A DNA stretch of 64,000 nt from Myxococcota bacterium (GCA_035528415.1 DATKYQ010000022.1:132042-196041), one strand, 5' to 3'; counted from the stretch's first letter, positions 35,708 to 44,647 are shown. Made by a program: numbers and translations. The notes: generated by a model not told the origin, from the sequence alone.

Positions 35708-37597
35708 ATGGGCATCTCGATTCGTACGGCCGAAGACCTGAAGACGTATCGCCAGCGCCTACTGTCCTCGCGCAGCGCTGACGAACAGTGGGTAACCGTC
35801 TGCACCTCGGGCTGCAGCGCTTACGGTGCAAACAAGTTGATACCCGCTTTCCGCGAGTCGATCGCCAATCGTGGGCTTGCGGAGAAAGTGCGGGTAAAGG
35901 CGACCGGCTGTCACGGCTTCTGCCAGCGCGGCCCGCTGGTAGTGATTCAGCCGCGCGGTTTGTTCTACCAGCAGATGCGCACAGAAGACGTCGACGAGGT
36001 GGTCGAGCAAACCCTGGCCAAGGGCGAGATTGTCGAACGGCTGCTCTTTACAGAAGGCGAAGAGCGGGCCTTCGAGCAGGAAGAGGAGGTTCCGTTCTAC
36101 AAAAACCAGATGCGCCTGCTGCTCAAGCATAACAGCAACATCGATCCGACCAGTATCGATGATTACATCGGTGTCGGGGGCTATGCGGCGCTGGCCGACG
36201 TTCTCGGCAAGACCAAGCCCGAGGAGGTCTGCCGCACAATCAAGGCCTCGGGTCTGCGCGGAAGGGGCGGCGGCGGCTTCCCGACCGGCGTCAAGTGGGA
36301 GACATGCCGGGCGGCGCCCAGCCAAGACGGCGTGCGCTACATCATCTGCAACGCCGACGAGGGCGACCCGGGGGCGTTCATGGATCGCGCCCTGCTCGAG
36401 GGCAATCCGCACTCGGTGATCGAGGGCATGATCATCGGCGCCTGGGCGATCGGGCATCCGGGCCGGCCCGCAGGCTTCGTATACGTGCGTAACGAATACC
36501 CGCTGGCGGTCGAGAGACTGGGCATCGCGCTGGTGCAGGCTCGCGAGCGGGGCCTTTTAGGCAAGGACATCATGGGCTCCGGGATGGATTTCGACATCCG
36601 CATCAACAAGGGAGGCGGGGCGTTCGTCTGTGGGGAGTCGACCGCGCTGATGGCCTCGATCGAAGGCCACGTCGGCGAGCCGCGGGCCAAGCACATTCAC
36701 ACAGTCGAGTCCGGTCTGTATGACAAGCCCACCAACCTCAACAACGTCGAGACCTGGGCGAACGTGCCGCTGATAATCAACCAGGGCGTCGACTGGTACA
36801 CCTCGATCGGCACCGGCGACGTAAGTAAGAACCCCTGGGGCGGCAGCAAGGGGACGAAGATCTTCGCGCTGGTGGGCAAGGTGAAGCATACCGGCCTGGT
36901 CGAAGTACCGATGGGCACGACGCTCAGGAAGATAGTCTTCGAGATCGGCAGCGGGATCATCGACGGCAAGAAATTCAAGGCGGTGCAGACGGGCGGGCCT
37001 TCCGGGGGCTGCCTGCCGGAATCCAAGCTCGACCTGGAGGTCGATTTCGACCAGCTTTCCGAGGCCGGGTCGATGATGGGCTCGGGCGGGATGATCGTTA
37101 TGGACGAGACGACCTGCATGGTCGACGTCGCCCGTTATTTCATCCACTTCCTGGCGGATGAGTCGTGTGGCAAGTGCACTACTTGCCGCGAGGGCCTGAA
37201 GCAACTCGGATCGATCATGGACCGCATTTGCGAGGGCAAGGGGAAAGACGGCGACCTCGAGCTCTTGGCCGATCTCAGCCAGACGGTCTCGGAAGCCTCG
37301 TTGTGTGCGCTGGGCCAAACGGCGCCCAACCCGCTGCTGTCCACCTTGCGTTACTTCAAGGAAGAGTACCAGGAGCACATCCACGACAATAAATGCCGGG
37401 CCAAGGTTTGCAAGGCGCTGATCTCCTATTCGATAATTTCGGAAAACTGCACCGGGTGCCTGATATGCGCCAAGAAATGCCCCGAGCAGGCCATTACCGG
37501 CAAGAAGAAGGAAGTCCACGTCCTGGACCAAGCGAAGTGCATCCGCTGCGGTATCTGCCTGGATGTGTGCACCTACGATGCCGTCCGCGTGGACTGA
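35708..37597 (+). CDS. NuoF/HndC/HydB-like NAD(P)H-binding flavoprotein subunit with N-terminal [2Fe-2S] and C-terminal 2x[4Fe-4S] ferredoxin domains
   Basis: 629 aa. Contains the NADH-binding glycine-rich loop GLRGRGGGGFPTGVKW, an FMN-site region and the 4Fe-4S motif ESCGKCTTCREG. The C-terminus adds two ferredoxin CxxCxxCxxxCP motifs. The antisense ORF 36557..37645(-) is rejected. Confidence 0.85.
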   Translation: MGISIRTAEDLKTYRQRLLSSRSADEQWVTVCTSGCSAYGANKLIPAFRESIANRGLAEKVRVKATGCHGFCQRGPLVVIQPRGLFYQQMRTEDVDEVVEQTLAKGEIVERLLFTEGEERAFEQEEEVPFYKNQMRLLLKHNSNIDPTSIDDYIGVGGYAALADVLGKTKPEEVCRTIKASGLRGRGGGGFPTGVKWETCRAAPSQDGVRYIICNADEGDPGAFMDRALLEGNPHSVIEGMIIGAWAIGHPGRPAGFVYVRNEYPLAVERLGIALVQARERGLLGKDIMGSGMDFDIRINKGGGAFVCGESTALMASIEGHVGEPRAKHIHTVESGLYDKPTNLNNVETWANVPLIINQGVDWYTSIGTGDVSKNPWGGSKGTKIFALVGKVKHTGLVEVPMGTTLRKIVFEIGSGIIDGKKFKAVQTGGPSGGCLPESKLDLEVDFDQLSEAGSMMGSGGMIVMDETTCMVDVARYFIHFLADESCGKCTTCREGLKQLGSIMDRICEGKGKDGDLELLADLSQTVSEASLCALGQTAPNPLLSTLRYFKEEYQEHIHDNKCRAKVCKALISYSIISENCTGCLICAKKCPEQAITGKKKEVHVLDQAKCIRCGICLDVCTYDAVRVD

Positions 37598-37610
37598 AAA
37601 GGAGTGAGCC

Positions 37611-38345
37611 GTGGCTGAGACGAGCGAAAACAAGGTTAGCTTCAAGATAGACGGCCGCAGCTACGAGGGAGTAAAGGGCGAGAGCCTGTTGGCGGCGATC
37701 AGGCGATATGGTTATGAGGTTCCGTCTCTTTGCTACCACGAAGCAGTAAGCTCCTACGGCGCATGCCGCCTGTGTCTGGTGGAGGTGTCCGAGGGCCGGC
37801 GCCGCAAGCTGACGACATCCTGCAACTACCCGCTGCTCAACGGCATCGAGGTCTTCCTGGACACCGAAAAGGTCGTAAGCAACCGCAAGATGGTGCTCAA
37901 GTTGCTTCTGGCCATGGCCCCCGAGGCCCAAAGCGTTCGCGAGTTGGCCGCCGACTACGGCGTCATGGACACGCCCTTCGAGATCAACGAGGATAACAAG
38001 TGTATCGACTGCGGGTTGTGCGCGCGGGTCTGTAAGGAGATAGTCGAAGCCGACGCGATCGCCTTTTCCGGCCGCGGCCTGGCCAAGCAGATGGTCTCGC
38101 CTTACGACGAGGCCAACGAGGCCTGCATCGGCTGCGGCGCCTGCGTGGTTGTTTGCCCGACCGACTGCATCGGCATGAAAGAAGAAAACGGCATTCGCTC
38201 GATAGAGCGCTGGCACCGCGACCTGCCGATGAAGAAGTGCAAGGTCTGCGGCCGCCCCTTCGCCCCCACCTTCCAGCTCAACCACTTCGCCGCTCAGATC
38301 AAGGTCGAACGTTCATTCTTCGACACCTGCCAGGACTGCCGCTAG
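37611..38345 (+). CDS. NuoG/HndD-N-terminal-like iron-sulfur protein ([2Fe-2S] + His-ligated [4Fe-4S] + 2x[4Fe-4S]) lacking any catalytic domain
   Basis: 244 aa. Motifs CYHEAVSSYGACRLCLVEV...TSC (2Fe-2S), H..C..C.....C (KCIDCGLCARVC) and CIGCGACVVVCP. No hydrogenase H-cluster or molybdopterin domain follows. Confidence 0.7.
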   Translation: MAETSENKVSFKIDGRSYEGVKGESLLAAIRRYGYEVPSLCYHEAVSSYGACRLCLVEVSEGRRRKLTTSCNYPLLNGIEVFLDTEKVVSNRKMVLKLLLAMAPEAQSVRELAADYGVMDTPFEINEDNKCIDCGLCARVCKEIVEADAIAFSGRGLAKQMVSPYDEANEACIGCGACVVVCPTDCIGMKEENGIRSIERWHRDLPMKKCKVCGRPFAPTFQLNHFAAQIKVERSFFDTCQDCR

Positions 38346-39919
38346 GGCATACATAGACCTTTCAGTCCCAGATGGCGATAGCCGCAGGTGTAATTTACGG
38401 GACAAGCGGGGGTCAGCAGCGAGCACTCCAGGCGGCAGGTGAAGGTGGGGCTGAAATTGGGGTCGAGCATCTGGCAGTAAAGACAAAACAGAGAGCTGTC
38501 GCACAATAGGCCCGCATCCAGGTCGCAGTCTGTATCTGAAAAGCAGATGCCGCCCTCGCCGATGCCGCCGCCCGATTCGCATGAGTCGGTGGTCGTGTTG
38601 CAGATCCAGCCGGCAGGACAGTCGTTGTCCGAAACACAGCTATCGCGCTCGCAGTCGCCCGTCTGGTCCGAACAGTTGGTATATTCGGGACAGGCTCCGG
38701 CCGTGCACCAGCACTTGCCGCTTTCTCGGCATTCGAATCCGGCCGGGCAGTCATCGACACTCTGGCAGCCGTTCACGCAACTGCACGAGACGCCGTCGCA
38801 GAACTGTCCCTCCGGGCAGCCGCCGCAACAATCCGTGTCGCTGCACTGGTGCTCCAGGAAGTTGCAGCTTTCCGGCGGGACGCAGTCGTCGTCAGAATCG
38901 CAACCGGGCTTGCAGGCGCCGTCGGAGTCGTCGCACCAGTATCCCTGCTGGCAGTCTGCCGGAGTGCAGCCCGGCATGACGCAGCGGTTGTCGATGCATT
39001 TCTGCAAAGCCACGGGGCAATCGATGTCGTTGATGCACTCGGGCACGCACTCGCCGTTTTCGCATTTCGAGTTGAAGGGGTCGATGCACTCTGCATCGCT
39101 GCCGCAAGAGACGCACAGGCCGTGGACACCCGCGCCGGGCAGGCAATATTTCTCGTCGGGACAGTCTCGGTTCGATTCGCAACCCAAAAGGCAATGGCCC
39201 GCAACGCACAGTTCGCCCACCGGGCAATCGTCCTTGGTGGCGCAGTCGATGCACTCGCGAGTCGATGGATCGCACTGGCCGGACAGGCAGTCTTCGTTCT
39301 TGCGGCAACCGGGACGGCAGTTTTGCTGCTCGCAGATCTCGCCCGCGGGACAATCGCCATCGTCGCGGCAACCGCTAAGGCAGGCGTGATCCTCGCAGAT
39401 GAATCCCTTGGAGCAATGGAAATCGGTGACGCACTCGACGCAGGCGTGCAACTCGGTGTCGCAGTGGCCCAGGGGGCAGTCGAGATCCGCATCGCAGTGC
39501 GAGGCGCAGGAGTTGTCGATGCACTTCTCGCCCGCGGCGCAGTCTTCGTCCTTTGAGCATTGGGCGCACTCGCCGTGCTCGCCGGCCTCTTGCAGACAAA
39601 TCAAGCCGGCGCTGCAATCACGATCGGCACGGCAACCGGACACACACAAGCCGCCCTCGCAGACATGGCCCAGCTCACACTGGCCATCGGTGGTACAGCC
39701 GTCGACAATGATGCAATGGTAATCATCGCACTCCTGTCCCTCGGCGCACTGCCCATCCGCCTTGCAATCGACCTCCTGGCAAGCGCCATCGATACAGGCC
39801 TCGTTCGATTCGCACTGCGTCTCAGAACTGCACGGCGCGGCGCGGTTCTTCGGAGAGCAGGCACCAACTAACACCAGCCAGGCGCCCAGAAGAAGCACGA
39901 ATACTTTCCCTGTCTTCAT
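38342..39919 (-). CDS. Extremely cysteine-rich repeat lipoprotein (Myxococcus-type Cys-rich repeat)
   Basis: Start reassigned to ATG 39919 (MKTGKVFVLLLGAWLVLVGAC lipobox). About 520 aa, with well over 10% Cys. Reiterated C.DG.C..V.C..D.DC..G..C modules run along the whole length. Confidence 0.7.
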   Translation of the reverse strand: MKTGKVFVLLLGAWLVLVGACSPKNRAAPCSSETQCESNEACIDGACQEVDCKADGQCAEGQECDDYHCIIVDGCTTDGQCELGHVCEGGLCVSGCRADRDCSAGLICLQEAGEHGECAQCSKDEDCAAGEKCIDNSCASHCDADLDCPLGHCDTELHACVECVTDFHCSKGFICEDHACLSGCRDDGDCPAGEICEQQNCRPGCRKNEDCLSGQCDPSTRECIDCATKDDCPVGELCVAGHCLLGCESNRDCPDEKYCLPGAGVHGLCVSCGSDAECIDPFNSKCENGECVPECINDIDCPVALQKCIDNRCVMPGCTPADCQQGYWCDDSDGACKPGCDSDDDCVPPESCNFLEHQCSDTDCCGGCPEGQFCDGVSCSCVNGCQSVDDCPAGFECRESGKCWCTAGACPEYTNCSDQTGDCERDSCVSDNDCPAGWICNTTTDSCESGGGIGEGGICFSDTDCDLDAGLLCDSSLFCLYCQMLDPNFSPTFTCRLECSLLTPACPVNYTCGYRHLGLKGLCMP

Positions 39920-40237
39920 CGCAACGCTCCCGGAAATTATCTCAATTACCGTATACCTTGGACCAACCGTGCAGGCCAAGTCAACCAACCTTGTAATAGC
40001 TTACGGAAATACTTTCATGCCTTTTACTTTGGATGGCAATCTGTGCATAATACCATTTCTGAAAGTGGAATCGATTACGCGCTTTTCATGCTAAGTGCGC
40101 AATTTCATTCGCAGCAGGAGCCGTTAGAGAGATTTTCTTGTGACGCAACGCGTTGTAGTTACGCCGTTTTTCAGCGGGCAGTTCTGGCGTTCTTATGGCA
40201 TGAAGGTTGCTTGTCCCTTCCGGTTGGAGGAAAATAG

Positions 40238-41020
40238 TTGAAAAAGCGACCCGCACTTCTTTACGTCTTGCCCAACCTGTTCACTGTCTCCAGCATCTTT
40301 TGCGGCATATACGCCGTCATCCAGGCCACCGACGGAATGGCGGCCGATCGTTTTTACAAGGCGGCCGTGGCGATCATCTTCGCCATCCTGTTCGATTCGG
40401 CCGACGGTCGCGTGGCCCGCATGACCAAGACCCAGAGCGATATTGGCGTCCAGCTCGATTCGCTGGCCGACGTCATTTCGTTCGGGGTGGCCCCAGCCAT
40501 CCTGATCTACAAGTGGTCCCTTTTCCAGTTCGGCATCCTGGGTCTCTTCGTGGCCGTGGCCTACGCCACCTGTGGCGCGATAAGGCTGGCCCGCTTCAAT
40601 GTCCGGGCCACAACAGAGAACGGCTCTGCGAAACACTTTCTCGGCATGCCGATTCCCCTGGCAGCGGCCAATCTGGCCGCCCTGGTACTGGTTCACTTCC
40701 GCGCAGGGGGCGTCCAACTCGGCTATCAGCCGCTGATAATAGTGGTCATGCTGCTGCTATCGGCCCTGATGGTAAGCAACGTGCGCTACCGAACATTCAA
40801 GGCCATCAAGGCCAAGCAGACGGCCCTGGTGGTCGCAGGCCTGGCTGTCCTGGTTCTGGTAGCTTTGGTCAAGACTGGTTTTTCCTTCATGTTCCTGGCG
40901 CTGGTGGCCGCCATGTCGGCCTTCGGCCCGGCCGAGGAACTATTCCATTTCGTCCGCCGCAGACTGCCTTCCGGGCGCTCAGGGCAAGAAGAAGAAGTCA
41001 ACGAGGAAGAATCGGTATAG
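40238..41020 (+). CDS. pssA: CDP-diacylglycerol--serine O-phosphatidyltransferase (CDP-alcohol phosphatidyltransferase family)
   Basis: 260 aa. Motif D..DG.AR......S..G...DSLAD of CDP-OH phosphatidyltransferases (DSADGRVARMTKTQSDIGVQLDSLADVISFGVAPA) and multiple TM helices. Confidence 0.75.
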   Translation: MKKRPALLYVLPNLFTVSSIFCGIYAVIQATDGMAADRFYKAAVAIIFAILFDSADGRVARMTKTQSDIGVQLDSLADVISFGVAPAILIYKWSLFQFGILGLFVAVAYATCGAIRLARFNVRATTENGSAKHFLGMPIPLAAANLAALVLVHFRAGGVQLGYQPLIIVVMLLLSALMVSNVRYRTFKAIKAKQTALVVAGLAVLVLVALVKTGFSFMFLALVAAMSAFGPAEELFHFVRRRLPSGRSGQEEEVNEEESV

Positions 41021-41036
41021 CGCTCTTGCCCAGTTG

Positions 41037-41822
41037 TCACAGTTCCGCGTCCTTTGCGGCAAGTTTCATCTGCAGCTTGAAGGTGCATCCGACTCCGGGA
41101 AAGCTTTGTACTTCGATCGTTGCGCCCAACTCGCGGACCGCTTCGCGTGACAGCGCCAGGCCCAGCCCCAGGCCCTCCCAGCCTTCCGCGCTCTTGCCAC
41201 TCGGGCCGGCCAGCGACTTTTTCAGGCGCGCCAGGTCGTCCGCGTCCAGCCCTGCGCCGCTGTCTTGCACCTTAAACTCCACTTTCACGAACCCCTCTTT
41301 GCCCGCCGCCTGGTGGTTGACCTCCAGCGAGACCACGCCCTGACCCGCGGCCTTTACCGCGTTGGCGAGGAGCTCATCGACTACTCGCAGAACCATGCGG
41401 TAGTCGGATCTGATTCTCTTCGGAGGGGCGCCCGGGGCGTGCCGCAGTTCTGTTTTTCTGGCCTTTGCCCGATCGGCATAAGAAGCGACCAGCTCGGAAA
41501 GGAGAGCCTGGGGTGAAAACCAGTCCATAGAGGCGCTGACCGTGCCAGCCTGGATTCGCTGGAACTCCACCAAGGCGTCCAGCCGGTGAAGCAGGCGCCT
41601 GGCGCTTTCCGCAATCAGCTCGATCTGATTGCGCTGCTCACGCTCCAGGCCCTCGTCGTCCTGGAGCAGTACGCTTGCGAAACCTACTATCGGGTTCAGG
41701 TAGGTCTTCAGATCATGGCCTATGTTGGCGATGAACTCGGCGCGCGATTTGTCGCGTCTGACTTGCGATTCTTTCGCCTCATCCTCGTTATCGTTTTCCA
41801 TGGCTGTTCCCCCTTTTTTCAC
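41037..41822 (-). CDS. Soluble sensor-less histidine kinase core (HisKA + HATPase_c)
   Basis: 261 aa. H-box (IANIGHDLKTYLNPIVGF) and N/G1/G2 boxes (LLANAVKAAGQG..., DSGAGLD, GLGLGLALSR). No TM or sensor domain. Confidence 0.8.
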   Translation of the reverse strand: MKKGGTAMENDNEDEAKESQVRRDKSRAEFIANIGHDLKTYLNPIVGFASVLLQDDEGLEREQRNQIELIAESARRLLHRLDALVEFQRIQAGTVSASMDWFSPQALLSELVASYADRAKARKTELRHAPGAPPKRIRSDYRMVLRVVDELLANAVKAAGQGVVSLEVNHQAAGKEGFVKVEFKVQDSGAGLDADDLARLKKSLAGPSGKSAEGWEGLGLGLALSREAVRELGATIEVQSFPGVGCTFKLQMKLAAKDAEL

Positions 41823-42481
41823 GTCTTGCCATTTCGCTCAGCCCGCGCTCCGCGCCGCCCGAAAAGATATATCATCAGGCTGCCCACGGCAAGCGCCCCC
41901 AGCAGACACCAGACCACAAGCGTATAGGATGCGAACAACGATTTCAGCCTTTCGAAGTTCGCCCCCACGGCGTAGCCCGCGCCCAGCAGTAGGGCATTCC
42001 AGACCACGGCCGAGATGGTCGCATACAGGAGCACTTTCGTAAACGACATGCGCGCCGCGCCGGCGGCGACGAAGAAAAAAGCGCGGATACCGGGAAGGAA
42101 ACGGTTGATCAGGATATAGGCCGCCCCATGGCGTGAAAAGCGCGCAAGCAACAGATCGTACTTCTCACGCGTCAGGGGCGTAAATCCGTGCTTGTTTTTC
42201 TCAGATGGAAGCTTGGTAAGCCTGCGGCCCAGCCAGACCCCGATACCGTAGTCGATGGCCGCCCCGACGAGCGATCCCCCCGTCACGATCAGCATGGCAT
42301 AGGCGAAGCTCCAGGTGCCGACCACCACCAGCCAGGCACCGAGCAAAGTAATCACGTCGCCCGGAAAGGGAGGAAAAACGTACTCCACCAGAGACGAGCC
42401 GAACAGGACCAAGGCGCCCAGCCCATGCGCATTCTGGATCACGTAATCCAGAACAGATTGAACAAGTCCCGGTTCCTGCAT
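41819..42481 (-). CDS. DedA/SNARE-associated (TVP38/TMEM64) family membrane protein
   Basis: 220 aa. DedA core (EYVFPPFPGDVITLLGAWLV...GRRL...TREKYDLLLARFSRHGAAYILINRFLPGIRAFFFVAAG). It overlaps the HK gene by 4 nt. Confidence 0.8.
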   Translation of the reverse strand: MQEPGLVQSVLDYVIQNAHGLGALVLFGSSLVEYVFPPFPGDVITLLGAWLVVVGTWSFAYAMLIVTGGSLVGAAIDYGIGVWLGRRLTKLPSEKNKHGFTPLTREKYDLLLARFSRHGAAYILINRFLPGIRAFFFVAAGAARMSFTKVLLYATISAVVWNALLLGAGYAVGANFERLKSLFASYTLVVWCLLGALAVGSLMIYLFGRRGARAERNGKT

Positions 42482-42525
42482 TCGGCCGCCCGGCTGGATT
42501 GCCGGTATTGAAAAAGTTTACCGCT

Positions 42526-42711
42526 CTACAGGTCGTCGGCGCGAACGGTCGAGCGCTTGTTGGCCTTGCATCGCTTCATGGCCCTGTCCAACATGACCTG
42601 CAACTCGACGCTCAGGGCGGCGGGAAGATCGCCGGCGGTCATCATCTTCTTGGATTTGATATAATCCTTAATCTTGCTCACCACTACCAGAATCTCTTGC
42701 TTCTTAGCCAT
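42526..42711 (-). CDS. 61-aa histone-fold-like (DUF1931-type, bacterial-histone-like) small basic protein
   Basis: MAKKQEILVVVSKIKDYIKSKKMMTAGDLPAALSVELQVMLDRAMKRCKANKRSTVRADDL has the length, charge pattern and terminal RxTVxARD-like motif of singlet bacterial histone-fold proteins such as the Bdellovibrio Bd0055 class, as recalled. Confidence 0.45.
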   Translation of the reverse strand: MAKKQEILVVVSKIKDYIKSKKMMTAGDLPAALSVELQVMLDRAMKRCKANKRSTVRADDL

Positions 42712-42813
42712 TTCAATCCCCTTTCATTAGACCTTAACAGGTCGTGTGTTTCAGTTTCTGCGTCTCAGGAAAAAGCAAGCTAACATCTCCCCGGTGGCAA
42801 TGCAACAGAATTT

Positions 42814-44256
42814 TCATAGTCCCGACAGGCAACCCGAAGAGTCGAGGATCTCGTCCCGAAGGTGTTCGAGCACTCCCAACTCGGCCGCCAGATCTAGAAC
42901 AGTGAAGCGGCCGCGGATCTCGCGCGCCGAAAGAAATGCGAGCCGAAGGTGATCGTCGTTGAGGCCGAGCTGCGCGATCGTCGTGGGCGCCCCACCCGCT
43001 GCAAGAATTTCACGCACCCTCTTTGCCCGGCGCAGTGGTTCCCCGACAGACGACCATAAATCATCCCAGCTGTCGCGTATTCGCGAAAGCTCGCCGCGTA
43101 GCTCGTCGGGTTCAAGGTGCTTTTTCAGGTACTCTTCACGCACTTCATCCGTGCGCTTCCCGTGCCGCCGGCCGAGCTTGCCCGCAATCTCCGCGCTCGA
43201 GGGCCATGCGGCAGCGATGCGCTCTATGTCGATCCGCGCGGGATCGATCTTTTGCAGCGCCTCGTAGAGTGCGGCGCTGACAATCGTGGCCACGCCCACC
43301 TGGGCGCCGTGCAGGCCCTCGACTCGACCTTCGTCCTGTGCGCTCATGTCCCAGAAGTGGCTGATCAGGTGTTCGCCGCCCGAGGCCGGGCTTGAGGTTC
43401 CGGCCAGCTTCATCGAGATCCCGCTCAGCAGCAACGCCTCGGCAAGCAAAGCCAGCGCCTGCGGATCGCCGCGTCCGATATCCGCGGCAGCCTCGGCCAC
43501 CCGGGCCTCGGCTCCCAGCACAACCCGTTCGGGCGCCGGGCAATAGTAGGCGCCGCGCAGTTTTCCGGCCAGGCGAAAGTCGGCCGTGGCGGTCGGCTTC
43601 GACTCGAGGTCTCCGAGCCCCGCGGCCGCAAGCTCATGAGGAGCGGCGCACAGGATGTCCAGATCTGCGACCACCGCCAGGGGCTGATGGCAGGCGACCG
43701 TGCGCTTGATTCCGCGCAGCATGATTGCGGCGATGGCCGAAGTGTAGCCGTTCATCGAGGGCGCGCTGGCGACGACCATGTACGGAATCCCACGGCGATA
43801 AGAAGCCAGCTTGACCAGATCGTTTACCGTGCCCGAGCCGACGGCCAGGCCGAGATCCGAGCCTTCCAGGGCGCGCTCGACCAGGGCCAGGTTTTCCTCG
43901 TCCGCATGCGGCCTGCCGCCCGCGCCGTCGGGCAGGATGCAGGCGCTGGTCGCATGCCCGTCGCTTGCCAGCAGCTTAGACACCCGTTCTCCGGCTACCT
44001 GCCAGGTAACGCGATCGGCCGCTACGCACACGACCAACCTGCGGCCGACATCCCGCGCGAAGGCAACAACCTGATCGACGGCACCCGGGCGAATCGCCAC
44101 CTGCTTTAGCTCTACACTGTGAATCTTGCCGCAGCTACAGGGGCTCGAGTAGCCCAGCAACTCATCGAGCCCGGTGGGGATCTCAGCCAGCCGCGCACCG
44201 CCGTCGTTTGTCGTATCAGTTTCTTTCGCGGACACAGAACTTTTCCTCGACGCCAC
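42814..44256 (-). CDS. Fe-ADH_2 / DHQS-like family dehydrogenase, sn-glycerol-1-phosphate-dehydrogenase-like
   Basis: 480 aa. Nucleotide-binding GSG loop (LAVGSGTVNDLVKLAS) and metal-site region SGGEHLISHFWDM typical of G1PDH/AraM-type enzymes. The N-terminus (CxC..H) is extended. The 5' end overlaps the upstream gene by approx. 40 nt, so the true start may be an internal GTG. Confidence 0.5.
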   Translation of the reverse strand: MASRKSSVSAKETDTTNDGGARLAEIPTGLDELLGYSSPCSCGKIHSVELKQVAIRPGAVDQVVAFARDVGRRLVVCVAADRVTWQVAGERVSKLLASDGHATSACILPDGAGGRPHADEENLALVERALEGSDLGLAVGSGTVNDLVKLASYRRGIPYMVVASAPSMNGYTSAIAAIMLRGIKRTVACHQPLAVVADLDILCAAPHELAAAGLGDLESKPTATADFRLAGKLRGAYYCPAPERVVLGAEARVAEAAADIGRGDPQALALLAEALLLSGISMKLAGTSSPASGGEHLISHFWDMSAQDEGRVEGLHGAQVGVATIVSAALYEALQKIDPARIDIERIAAAWPSSAEIAGKLGRRHGKRTDEVREEYLKKHLEPDELRGELSRIRDSWDDLWSSVGEPLRRAKRVREILAAGGAPTTIAQLGLNDDHLRLAFLSAREIRGRFTVLDLAAELGVLEHLRDEILDSSGCLSGL

Positions 44257-44647
44257 GCTCGCTGCCGGAAAAGATCGGCTTCAGCCGGCAGTAAGGCATG
44301 TCTTGCGTGCAGTCGGCGTCGTCGCTGCACAGCTTATGACAGCGCTTGTCGCCGGCGGCGCTGCACTGGTCGGCAAAGCCGCGCTTGCAGTAGTACGAAT
44401 CCCAGCAGATGTAGCCGTGCTTGCAGCCGCCCTCCTGCCGGGTGCACTCGGCCACCGTCGTTTTCCGGGATCCCTGATCCGTGGATTCTTCATCGGCCGC
44501 CTTTCTCTCTGCGGCGACCTCACGGGCGGCCTTGAGCAACGCAGGATCGTAGGCGCTCGCCGGCGGTTGCTCCCGCGGGTGGCACCCGCCGTAGACTAAG
44601 AGCGGCACGGCGAACAACGCGGCCAGAATACAAACAATCTTCTTCAT
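44216..44647 (-). CDS. Small Cys-rich secreted lipoprotein
   Basis: 143 aa. Signal peptide with lipobox (LLVYGGC) and 12 Cys in the mature part (CTRQEGGCKHGYICWDSYYCKRGFADQCSAAGDKRCHKLCSDDADC). Confidence 0.5.
   Translation of the reverse strand: MKKIVCILAALFAVPLLVYGGCHPREQPPASAYDPALLKAAREVAAERKAADEESTDQGSRKTTVAECTRQEGGCKHGYICWDSYYCKRGFADQCSAAGDKRCHKLCSDDADCTQDMPYCRLKPIFSGSERGVEEKFCVRERN

Noticed and set aside
36557-37645. 362-aa minus-strand ORF inside the nuoF-like gene, and similar long antisense ORFs
   Set aside because: These are mirror frames of strongly supported genes with Fe-S motifs, Walker/MIDAS motifs, TPRs etc. They lack RBSs and show antisense-type composition. Other antisense ORFs rejected on the same grounds: 2100..2927, 2479..3258, 19687..21237, 18627..19811, 22723..24027, 25967..26992, 32127..33083, 45773..46888, 51383..52327, 54549..56279, 61503..62300.
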